Shown here: one piece after another, positions 1-9,100 of the stretch | Numbering within the stretch: the stretch's first letter is position 1 | How the letters are laid out: every line of letters starts with the position of its first letter | Assembly: GCA_918234285.1 (NCBI GenBank) | Contig: CAKJXZ020000001.1 | Coordinates: 1-64,000, forward strand | Direction: 5' to 3' | DNA: 64,000 bases | Source: Pseudomonadota bacterium | GTDB taxonomy: Bacteria > Pseudomonadota > Alphaproteobacteria > RF32 > CAG-239 | Translations under genes and position numbers: made by a program | The notes under the pieces: generated by a model | Database searches by the model: none | Seen by the model: only the letters and a program-made list of their open reading frames with translations | What the model was told of the DNA's origin: nothing

Positions 1-24
1 AAAAGCCGAAATAAAGAGCAGACT

Positions 25-537
25 ATGATTATATTGGTAACAGGTGCATCACACACGGGGAAAACGCTTTTGGCACAGAAGTTGCTTGAAAAGTATCATT
101 ACCCGATTTTATCAATAGATTTGCTGAAAATGGGGTTAATCCGTAGCGGTCAAACCGATTTAACCGTAACAGATGACGATGAACTAACGGTTTATCTGTG
201 GAAGATTGTGCGAGAAATGATTAAAACCGCCATAGAAAACAAGCAAAACCTGATTATTGAGGGATGCTACATTCCGTTTGATTGGCAACAGGATTTTACG
301 GCCGATTATCTTTCGGAAATTAAATATATCTGCCTTGTGATGAGCAAAAAGTATATCACAGAGCACTTTGACGATATTAAATGCTATGCAAATGTCATTG
401 AACAAAGACTTGATGACAGCGATTTTACGCTGGAAAATGCCCTTCAGGATAATGAAGGTATTTTGCAACAATGTCAAAAATTCGGTTTGCCATATCATTT
501 GATAGACAATGATTACAATTTGAATGTTGACCTATAA
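25..537 (+). CDS. P-loop NTPase, adenylate-kinase/2-phosphoglycerate-kinase-like
   Basis: Walker A GASHTGKT at the N-terminus, IIEG Walker B-like segment; 170 aa. Confidence 0.75.
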   Translation: MIILVTGASHTGKTLLAQKLLEKYHYPILSIDLLKMGLIRSGQTDLTVTDDDELTVYLWKIVREMIKTAIENKQNLIIEGCYIPFDWQQDFTADYLSEIKYICLVMSKKYITEHFDDIKCYANVIEQRLDDSDFTLENALQDNEGILQQCQKFGLPYHLIDNDYNLNVDL

Positions 538-670
538 ATGTTAAACAATGTTAGGAATCCGCACAAAGTTTAACATTTTTTTGTTTGGGGTATTTTTGCC
601 ATTTTCAAAAGTGCTGATTTTTAGGGCTTTTCCGAGAAAATGTTAAAGAAGGTATGTTCTTTAACATTTT
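536..670. repeat. Two inverted-repeat pairs sharing an AATGTTAA core
   Basis: AAATGTTAAAC (536-546)/GTTTAACATTT (568-578), perfect 11 bp; AAAATGTTAAAGAA (637-650)/TTCTTTAACATTTT (657-670), perfect 14 bp. Confidence 0.7.
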
Positions 671-691
671 GGAATTTTATAACTGTTGATT

Positions 692-1414
692 TTATAATTC
701 GTTAGTTCCGGTTAACATTGCGTATGTTGTCTCGTCCATATCGTACCATTTAGGTTCAGATGACAAATCAACCAGGTATTTTTTCGTTAGTTCCTGTTTG
801 TCATATTGCCCCGGCTGCCATATTACCGGATAACCAAGTTTTCTCAGCCTTATAAGAGCCCTAAACCCATATATTGTGCAACGGTGTGCGCTAGAAATAT
901 AAAAGATCCACTTGTTTGAAGTCGTTTTCTCGTAATTCGATTTTATATCTCCGCTGTTTTCAAAATTATATCCGGTTTTCCAAAGATTACATGGATAGAA
1001 ATTACCGATAATCGTTTCCCACGGGTGTCCCAGATATTGAACATGATAATACCACCATTTAAATTCTTCTGGACTGTCATGGTTGCGATCTGCCAATATG
1101 CCCTCGGGATGTCCATAGTCCGAATGGAACATTTGCCTTCCGTCCATTACACGCCGTGCGATTGTTTCCGCATCCATATCTCGGAAATTAACTTCTCTGT
1201 CATTATAGTAAAATCGCTTGGAAATGCCGTTTTCATCACAAAAAGAAAGCTCAATTTCTTTGATTAACGCGAAATATTTGTTTAACGTTAAATCCTCGAT
1301 TGGTTTTGGAAGTTCTCCGCGTAACTGCATTTTGAGGTATTTTCGAACTTCTTTTCTCTCTTCATCAGACAAATAAAAACTGCCTGGGCCAAATTCTCTT
1401 TTATGTCTTCCCAT
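692..1414 (-). CDS. hypothetical protein (island cargo)
   Basis: 240-aa ORF with ATG preceded by AAAGGA; aromatic-rich, GHPWE segment; no family recognised. Confidence 0.65.
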   Translation of the reverse strand: MGRHKREFGPGSFYLSDEERKEVRKYLKMQLRGELPKPIEDLTLNKYFALIKEIELSFCDENGISKRFYYNDREVNFRDMDAETIARRVMDGRQMFHSDYGHPEGILADRNHDSPEEFKWWYYHVQYLGHPWETIIGNFYPCNLWKTGYNFENSGDIKSNYEKTTSNKWIFYISSAHRCTIYGFRALIRLRKLGYPVIWQPGQYDKQELTKKYLVDLSSEPKWYDMDETTYAMLTGTNEL

Positions 1415-1591
1415 GTTATTTTCCTTTCTTTATTGATAAATCTTAAATATTTTATAGGAAAATCCTTCATTTGCAATAGTTATAAGCTCAAAAGATACCT
1501 TTAGCCACAGGCTTTTGAAAATCCAAAATCAGCAGATTTCAGCAAAGGTGTTATAGGGATGTCAAAATAACAAATCCCTGAAAGAAAATGC

Positions 1592-1634
1592 TTGATTTTC
1601 TCCAAAAAGTCCAATATAATAAGACCAAATGGAG
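1592..1634 (+). promoter_or_regulatory. sigma70 promoter with overlapping imperfect inverted repeat (probable AbiEi autorepression operator)
   Basis: TTGATT (1592-1597)-17 bp-TATAAT (1615-1620); CTCCAnnnnGTC (1600-1611)/GACnnnnTGGAG (1623-1634) straddles the -10. Confidence 0.6.
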
Positions 1635-1639
1635 TAAAT

Positions 1640-2227
1640 ATGATATATTCTTTTGACGATTTGAAAATAAAGTTTAGCAATTATGCTAATATTAAGGATA
1701 AGATAGGCCGTGAAATACAAGCAGGGCGGCTTATTCCTGTTGCACGCGGATTATACGAGACGGATGCTTTCATTTCGGGAAAGTATTTAGCAGGACGCAT
1801 TTATGGCCCGTCATATTTGTCTTTTGATTATGCGCTTTATATCTATTCTCTCATACCCGAAGCCGTGTATAAAACATATACTTCGGCAACATTTGATAAG
1901 CGTAAGGCAAAGAAGTATCAAAATGCTTTTGGAGTGTTTACCTATCGCGATGTTCCGGCAAAAGTTTACCCGCTCGGTGTCATCATTCATGAAGAAAACG
2001 GTTATTCGTATCAAATTGCCACACCTGAGAAAGCATTATGTGATAAGCTATATACCATATCCCCGGTTAGTAATTTGACCGAATTAAAGGAACTTCTGTT
2101 TGATGATTTACGAATAGATGAGGACGAATTTGCAAAACTCAACAAGGATATATTGGAACAACTCGCTCCTTTATACCATTCTACAAACCTTAATTTGCTG
2201 GCTAAATTTATTAGGAGAATCCAATAA
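1640..2227 (+). CDS. type IV TA system AbiEi-family antitoxin / transcriptional regulator
   Basis: RGLY, PSYLSxxxAL and ATPEKALCD motifs; start at ATG 1640 after GGAG; stop overlaps the toxin start (TAATG). Confidence 0.85.
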   Translation: MIYSFDDLKIKFSNYANIKDKIGREIQAGRLIPVARGLYETDAFISGKYLAGRIYGPSYLSFDYALYIYSLIPEAVYKTYTSATFDKRKAKKYQNAFGVFTYRDVPAKVYPLGVIIHEENGYSYQIATPEKALCDKLYTISPVSNLTELKELLFDDLRIDEDEFAKLNKDILEQLAPLYHSTNLNLLAKFIRRIQ

Positions 2228-3081
2228 TGCAGACTATTTTAACCCAAATGTTGGCAGGGTATCCGACCAATACATTAGAAGACAAGAAAAATGCCGTAAA
2301 AGAAGTCGTCCAGGAAATTGCTTTATGCGGCTTATCTCGTGCCGGATTTTTCAAACAAGCCGCATTCTATGGCGGAACAGCCCTGCGTATCTTTTACGGA
2401 CTGGATAGATTTTCGGAAGATTTGGACTTTTCTCTCATATCTCCTGATTCTGATTTTGAATTACGTCCGTATTTTAGCGGATTAGAAAAGGAATTGGCTT
2501 CCGTTGGATTGAAATTTTCCGTGGAAGAAAAGGTTAAATCTGTTGATTCGGATATCAAATCAGCATTTTTGAAAGGTAATACCAAAGAGCATATTGTGAG
2601 TATTTATGATGAACAAAATAACCACATTAACCCTGATGAAGTTATCAAAATAAAGTTTGAGGTTGATGTTAATCCGCCGGCATTTGCAACATTTGAAAAC
2701 AAATACAGGTTATTGCCATCGCCGTATTCGGTAAAACTCTATGATATGCCGTCATTGTTTGCCGGTAAAGTTCACGCTGTTGTTTGTCGTGCTTGGAAAA
2801 ACCGGATTAAAGGGCGAGATTTGTATGATTACGTGTTCTATTTAGCCAATCAAGCAAAGATAAATTTACCACATTTGCGTGCCAGATTAGAAGATTCCGG
2901 AGTCCTAAAAGAAAATGATGTATTTACATTGGAGACTTTGAAAGCAATGCTCATAGAGCGCTTTGCAACAATTGACTACGAAAAAGCCAAGAAAGATGTA
3001 TTACCATTCGTTAAAGATGCTAATAAGTTGGATTTATGGAGCAAAGATTTCTTTACAAGCATTACGAACGACTTGAAATAG
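2227..3081 (+). CDS. AbiEii/AbiGii-family nucleotidyltransferase toxin
   Basis: FYGGTALR, RFSEDLDF, KxHA and KGRDLYD motifs of DNA pol-beta-like AbiEii. Confidence 0.9.
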   Translation: MQTILTQMLAGYPTNTLEDKKNAVKEVVQEIALCGLSRAGFFKQAAFYGGTALRIFYGLDRFSEDLDFSLISPDSDFELRPYFSGLEKELASVGLKFSVEEKVKSVDSDIKSAFLKGNTKEHIVSIYDEQNNHINPDEVIKIKFEVDVNPPAFATFENKYRLLPSPYSVKLYDMPSLFAGKVHAVVCRAWKNRIKGRDLYDYVFYLANQAKINLPHLRARLEDSGVLKENDVFTLETLKAMLIERFATIDYEKAKKDVLPFVKDANKLDLWSKDFFTSITNDLK

Positions 3082-3110
3082 GGATTGAGCTTAAACTATG
3101 TTTCAGATGA

Positions 3111-3166
3111 AAAAGTAGACATTGAAAGCCCAAAAGTAGACATTGAATACCCAAAAGTAGACATTG
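3111..3166 (+). repeat. Tandem repeat, 21-bp period, 3 copies of AAAAGTAGACATTG
   Basis: Copies at 3111, 3132 and 3153, between the two convergent toxin genes. Confidence 0.85.
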
Positions 3167-3202
3167 GATATATATTTATAAGGCTAATTTTCCGGTTAGA
3201 TG

Positions 3203-4105
3203 TTATTCAATAAATAATTTACTTAAACTTGCAAAAAAGGATAAAGCATCATCATATTTAATGCGTTCAGATATAGACGCATATGACATAACCTCAACAT
3301 ACTCTTCATATTTTTTACGGAATATAGAATCTGTTTGTAATAAATTCAAAGTATCTCTTACAATATCCTTGAATTCTATGCTGTTATCATGCAAACGAGG
3401 TTTATCTTTTGTTTCAAAGTTATGTAAAACGCGTTCCTTAAAAGCTTGTCTATCTTCTAAATAAGATTTCATAGCATAAAGATCATGTAAATGTCGTAGC
3501 AAAGTGTAGTCTGTGGCTTTATCTTTATTATAAATTCTCCAAACCAACGCATTAAACTTATCTGCACCAGTATTAAATGGTCTAACGCAGTTTATATGTG
3601 TATCTGCTTCATTATTACTATATTTTGTAACGAATGACTGGATAGCCCTTAATTCAAATGGCAATTTATCATCATCAAAAAAGATTTCGACTTGCAAGAA
3701 AGGACGTAAAAATTGTGGTAAATCAGGATTATGAGGATATTCCACATAAATACAGCAGTTTTTCCCTTCATTTCTAACCTTAATATTATCATTTGCAATT
3801 TTAAAGTCTGATATCTCTTTAATACAATCTATAAAACTATTTCTGATATTTCTGCGTTGTTCCCTAGTTAAAATTGATGCTCCAACAAATTTAAAATCCA
3901 GGTCTTCTGAAAATCTTTGAATAATATTATATCCTTTTGATAGAGAAGTTCCACCGGCAAAAACTGGGACGAATCTATCAAATTCCTTTTCTGATAACGC
4001 TTTAATAAGTTTGACTGCATACCAATCTTTTTCTATAAAAGCTGGATTAACACCTAATTCTCCGGATATTTCTTCTATTATTTCTTTAGATAGTAGATTG
4101 TTCAT
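3203..4105 (-). CDS. second AbiEii/AbiGii-family nucleotidyltransferase toxin
   Basis: IEKDW, FAGGTSLSKG, RFSEDLDF and RHLHDL motifs. Confidence 0.88.
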   Translation of the reverse strand: MNNLLSKEIIEEISGELGVNPAFIEKDWYAVKLIKALSEKEFDRFVPVFAGGTSLSKGYNIIQRFSEDLDFKFVGASILTREQRRNIRNSFIDCIKEISDFKIANDNIKVRNEGKNCCIYVEYPHNPDLPQFLRPFLQVEIFFDDDKLPFELRAIQSFVTKYSNNEADTHINCVRPFNTGADKFNALVWRIYNKDKATDYTLLRHLHDLYAMKSYLEDRQAFKERVLHNFETKDKPRLHDNSIEFKDIVRDTLNLLQTDSIFRKKYEEYVEVMSYASISERIKYDDALSFFASLSKLFIE

Positions 4106-4502
4106 AGCTTATTTCTCTTCCATTATATGATATTGTTCTAGATATTCTTTTATTAACACCAATACGCAAACCGGTAGGTACCTGAGTAGATTTTCCTGAA
4201 TTATAATCCTGTTCTGCTTTAGATGGAAATATTTTCACCTTTAACTTTTTTAATGCCTGTTTAGCGATGGTAATAAAATCAGTTTCCAGAATACGTTTAC
4301 CGGTTAATTTAGATTCTTTTGTTTTAGCAAATATACCTTGTCCAATTTTGATAAGAAATTGTTCTTTCACCATTTTTCTTAATACACGTCCAACCTGATC
4401 TCTATCGCTTAAATCATAGAAATCAGATAAAATAAATGCAGATACCTTACTCTTATTAATACGATATCTCATTTTAGCTTCTAACGTATTACCAACTGGC
4501 AT
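4086..4502 (-). CDS. DUF6088-like (AbiEi-type wHTH) antitoxin
   Basis: VGRVLRKMV..LIKIGQGIF wHTH segment and STQVP motif; overlaps the downstream AbiEii start. Confidence 0.8.
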   Translation of the reverse strand: MPVGNTLEAKMRYRINKSKVSAFILSDFYDLSDRDQVGRVLRKMVKEQFLIKIGQGIFAKTKESKLTGKRILETDFITIAKQALKKLKVKIFPSKAEQDYNSGKSTQVPTGLRIGVNKRISRTISYNGREISYEQSTI

Positions 4503-4910
4503 ATATGTATCCTTTTACAAAAACACGACAATATATAATGTAAATATACGACATTTTATTTTAAAAGTAAATAGATAAAATGCAGTAAATAAAAGAATTT
4601 TGATATATCTTATGATAATTACGAAATTATAATTACTATATAAATGAAATTATTTAGCATACAAACTACACCATTTATACAAATAACCTAAGATATGTTA
4701 ATTATGCATCATTCAATAATTCTGTAGACAATTCTTTGTTGAAACCATATTTTCTACTTAATTTATGATTTTGTTATAAAAAGTAGATATTCAATTTATT
4801 GAGTAAAAGTTCTGGAATCCCGATATATAGCCATTTACAAAGGGAATAATATCTATTAAAATTCATTATATAGCAAAAAATATTCACTAATAACGGTTCA
4901 AAAAGAAACA

Positions 4911-5717
4911 ATGAAAGTTCGCATTATATCAGATTTACATTTGGAAATAAATTCAGGGCATCCGTTTAGATTAGATGATACCGAAACATTTACTGTAATC
5001 TGCGGAGATATATCCGGATATTATGAAGAAACTTCACGGTGGCTAAAGAAAAATGTCAAAAATGGTGTGTTTGTCAGCGGAAATCATATTGTTTATAATG
5101 AAAGTAAACATTCTTTGCAGTATTTTATGAACCAATTTGAACGAAATTATCCGCTTTCTGCATCATTGTCATATTTGAATAACACTTACAAGATCGTGAA
5201 TGATATAGTGTTTGTCGGCGGAACGCTATGGACGGATTACAAATTATTGAACAAAGATGCTCAAGATATGTATATGTGGTATGCAACTCGTAATTTAAAT
5301 GATTTTCGCTATGGCAAATTTAATTCGGATTATAACAAAGAAAAAGAGGATACGCGGTTATTGAGAAGATTACAACCTGAAGACTGTGCCAAGATGTTTC
5401 AACAGACGGTAGAGGCGATTGATACTGTATGCAAAAAGTTCCCGGATAAGAAAATTGTTGTAATCACACATCATGCTCCGAGTATGATGTCGGTGCCAAG
5501 AGAATACAAGAACGACGAAACAACACCATGCTACGCCAGTAATTTAGAAGATTTTATATTGGATCGACCGAATATAAAGCTGTGGTGTCACGGACATATA
5601 CATCAAGCCAGCGACTATGAAATCGGCGATTGCCGTGTCGTATGCAATCCGAGAGGATATGTGAAATATGGTGAACCTTGTGGATTTAATCCCAATTTAG
5701 TAATAGAAGTGGAATAA
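4911..5717 (+). CDS. calcineurin-like metallophosphoesterase
   Basis: SDLH, CGDI, SGNH, THHAP and HGHIH metal-binding motifs. Confidence 0.88.
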   Translation: MKVRIISDLHLEINSGHPFRLDDTETFTVICGDISGYYEETSRWLKKNVKNGVFVSGNHIVYNESKHSLQYFMNQFERNYPLSASLSYLNNTYKIVNDIVFVGGTLWTDYKLLNKDAQDMYMWYATRNLNDFRYGKFNSDYNKEKEDTRLLRRLQPEDCAKMFQQTVEAIDTVCKKFPDKKIVVITHHAPSMMSVPREYKNDETTPCYASNLEDFILDRPNIKLWCHGHIHQASDYEIGDCRVVCNPRGYVKYGEPCGFNPNLVIEVE

Positions 5718-5850
5718 GCATACTTATTTGCTTTTTGTGCGGCATAAAATGATTTTCAAGCAAATTTTATCAACAGGCGATTCGCCGACGATTCGTGCTT
5801 TCTGCCTCAAAAATTACCGTTTTGTCGTTTGGTTATCGCCACTCCGATCG

Positions 5851-5889
5851 GCGTGTGACCGGGAAAATGCGTGTGACCAGCGTGTTACC
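5851..5889 (+). repeat. three direct repeats GCGTGT(G/T)ACC, candidate integrase arm-type sites
   Basis: Copies at 5851-5860, 5869-5878 and 5880-5889, about 70-105 bp from the tRNA CCA end. Confidence 0.6.
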
Positions 5890-5920
5890 GGAGGGATTTT
5901 GCAGCCTTGCAAAAAATTTT

Positions 5921-5950
5921 AAAAATAAAAAATCCCTGTAAAAACAGGGA
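5921..5950 (-). terminator. intrinsic terminator after tRNA-Arg
   Basis: TCCCTGT/ACAGGGA stem followed by a U-tract on the minus strand. Confidence 0.6.
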
Positions 5951-5956
5951 GTTAAT

Positions 5957-6033
5957 TGGCGCGCCCGGCGGGACTCGAACTCACAACCTTCTGATCCGTA
6001 GTCAGATGCTCTATCCAATTAAGCTACGGGCGC
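5957..6033 (-). tRNA. tRNA-Arg(ACG)
   Basis: Minus strand GCGCCCGTAGCTTAATTGGATAGAGCATCTGACTACGGATCAGAAGGTTGTGAGTTCGAGTCCCGCCGGGCGCGCCA: cloverleaf, ACG anticodon, TTCGA T-loop, encoded CCA. Confidence 0.97.
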
Positions 6034-6104
6034 CTTGACTTTTACGTTCATATATCAAAATATTCTTAAATGCAAGCATTATTTTTGTTTTTATTGTTAT
6101 TTTT

Positions 6105-9100
6105 TTATAATTCCGGCTCCTTGATATAATCACCCGCCTTTTTATCGTACTGATCTTTTATTTCCGGGTTGCCCCCTGCCGCAACGAATGCCTCCGCAAA
6201 TTCCCGATAAAAATCAGGATATTGTCTTGCCACCGCTACCAACACGGTTTGCCCGTTATAATCACGTGCATTTATGTCGGCACCATGTTCGACCAAAAGC
6301 TTTAATGTTTCCAAAACATCGACGCGCACACTCTCATCTTCCGCACCATATTGCTCTAATGCCTTAATCAAATAAGAAACTGCCGTCAACCCGTCGGCAT
6401 CCTTGGCATTTACATCAACATTGTGCTGCAGAACGTACTTTATCAACGGCATGTTCAAATTGCGAATCGTTGCCATCAAAACGGTTTCTCCGTCTGCCGT
6501 GACATGTGACACAGCGGCACTATGCGCCATTAGCAAATCCGTTAATTCGACAGAACCTCGTTTGCAATCCATCAAATAAGAGCGATCGTTATTGACTTTG
6601 TTGATATTGGCACCATGTTCCACCATAAATTTAATCATCCCGAGATTATTGTTGGCGAAAGCCAAATCCAACACACTTTTACCTTCAGCATTTTTCTGAT
6701 TTATATCTGCCCCTTTATCAAGCAGAACCTGTAAAAACTCCGGAGATGTACCTCTTCTGTAAGCCGAGATTAATAAAGTTTCGCCGTATTCGTCCAGTTC
6801 ATTCATATCCAACTCGTCGGTATTCATGTTGCGCAACAAATCAATCTGTTGACGCTTGACAATTGTTCTGAGAGTGGCAACATCGTTGTCGACCAAATAT
6901 TCGCTTACCAACGCAGATAAGTCGGCATCCTGCGAATTTTGCTGCAATAAATCAATAACGTTTTGGCCGTTCTCATCAGTTAAAGACAACGGATTTTCCA
7001 ACTTAGCAAACAAAGTTTTCAACGCAGCTAAATTGCCCTGTCGATACAGATATTTCCATAGCGGCAACCCGCCTTCCGGCATTTTCAGCATAACATCCGC
7101 GGCTTCGATTTTATCCCAAACCACATCATATATCTCTGCGGATTTATCATCCGTAAGCACATACGAAACAGCTGATTTTCCATAGTTGTCGACAATGTTA
7201 ATCGCCGCCCCTTTTTCAATAAATTTTTGGGCAGATGCAGTATCTTGTTTAGCCAGGGCATCATGCAAAACAGTGTTCCCGTCGCGGTCTTGATGATTAA
7301 TATCCGCACCGTTATCCAACAAATATTGCATAAACTCGTCCGGCGCCGCAATATCATAAGCATATTGCAAAGCACTGCGCCCGTTATCCGTAACTTCCGC
7401 CATTTGCTCTGCCGAAATATTTAATCTTTGCAATAACGTAATATCGTTATGCTCCGCCGCATCTTTAAGCAACGCCTGTTTGTCGGCATTGCTCAGTACG
7501 GAACCGCCGGCCCGCAATTTCTCGATAATTTCCGGCGGATAACTGTTGATTTCGGCATAATAAAGTGCGGAATGACCGTCATCATCAAGTCCGGATACTG
7601 CAATTCCTTTGTCCGCCAGCATATTGATATACGAAGACGGCTTATTCTGTTGCAGTCCCTGCACCAGCAAGTGCTTATATTGCGGTTGATTAATATCGGC
7701 ACCGGCATTCACGAGCATTTCGATAATCTCCGGCTCGGCATTGTTTTTTATGGCATAATCGAGCGGAGTACGGCCGTCCGCGTCCTTAATCTTAACATCT
7801 GCCGTTTGCAACATTTGCTTGATAATATCGGTATTAGCCCCGTTTTGTAAGGCATAAAACAGCAAATTGTTTATCGTAGCCGTGTCATCGGACGGCCACA
7901 AAGACAAGATAAGTTTCAAGCTGTCAATATTGTTTGCAAGCACGGCATGTTGCAACGGAGTCTCACCATCAGCATTAGCCGTTGACAGTTGCGACTTAAA
8001 TTTTTGCACGATTTCCGGCGATGAAGAAACGGCAACGGCATACATAAACGGTGTCATACCTGAGTACAGTCCTTCAGTATCGGCGGCAAAATCCGCTCCG
8101 CTGAAACGTTGGTACACTTCCATGTCATCAATGGCAAAGTTATGCATTTTCATTGCTCTTTCCAAGGCATCGATAAGTTCGATTTTCCCGGTTGTTATAC
8201 CCAACCATAGAATCCGATACCATGTATTGCGCTGCTTCAAAAGCGGTCCGATTTTACCTTCCTTAAACTTTTGGTAAAGCGGTGCTACTGCTTCCGTTTG
8301 CGACAAGTCAACCACAGTCTTCTCCGCACCGTCGTCAAAAAATTTGATTACTGCAAGTTCCTTACCCTTGTTATAATAACGTGATATTCCTTCCTGCTGA
8401 TTGTTGTGATAATTTTCAACGGAAACAAGCAAACCGTCTTCGGTAAATTTTTTCTCAAATCCGTTTTTCGTATCATCAACATACATCGTAGTTAAAGCAA
8501 TCTTATTATCAGGTCGATAGATTGTCGCCATACCGTTTTTCTTGTCGTTATGATATGGTGTTTCGCTGCGGGTACCGTCCTCGCTGTAATGCTTGTGCCA
8601 CCCCTCGCGCTGGCCGTCGACATATTCTGTTTCATCGGTCAGATATTTTTCGCTGTATTTTTTGGACACCCCGTTAATCCGACCGTTCACATAAGTATCT
8701 TCCGACACCAGAGTATTGTTTTTCACAATACGCTCAACTCCGTCTTTAACACCGTTCTTATATGTTTCTGTTTTGCTTAAATTTCCTTCGTCATCAAAAT
8801 AATTGACAGTGCCGTCTAACAAACCGTTGGTATATTTACTTTGTCTTTGCGGTTTTCCTGCCTTGTTGAACAAAATTTCTTCGCCGTTGATGATGTTATC
8901 TTTATAGGTGCGGCGATATTGCATATTGCCGTCCGGATAATAGGCTGCTTCCACTCCGTTTTTCATTCCGTTTTCATAAGAAGTCTTGAGCATGGGTTTC
9001 TTACCGTCATAGTAGGTTGTAGCCACTCCGCTCTTTTTGCCGTCTTTATATAAATAAACCGTTTTATGCCCGGCCGAATCCGGCAATTCTACCGCCCCGG

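Larger units (their letters stand above)
1..5956. mobile_element. right end of a genomic island integrated at the 3' end of tRNA-Arg (continues left of the window)
   Basis: Visibly AT-richer than the backbone, TA/defence-type cargo, abuts the tRNA 3' end, arm-type-like direct repeats; integrase not in the window. Confidence 0.65.

Noticed and set aside
601-1534. Short complementary blocks (ATTTTCAAAAG and TGCTGATTTT) on both sides of the 692-1414 gene as terminal inverted repeats
   Set aside because: The two blocks occur in swapped order, so they do not form a colinear inverted repeat; no transposase is present.
3111-3166. AAGTAGA-containing repeats resembling the end of Cas12a-type repeats
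   Set aside because: Only 7 nt separate the conserved blocks; there is no stem-loop and no cas gene.
5728-6018. Short ORFs 5728-5922 and 5833-6018
   Set aside because: They overlap the att-like repeats, the terminator and (5833-6018) the tRNA; no coding signal.
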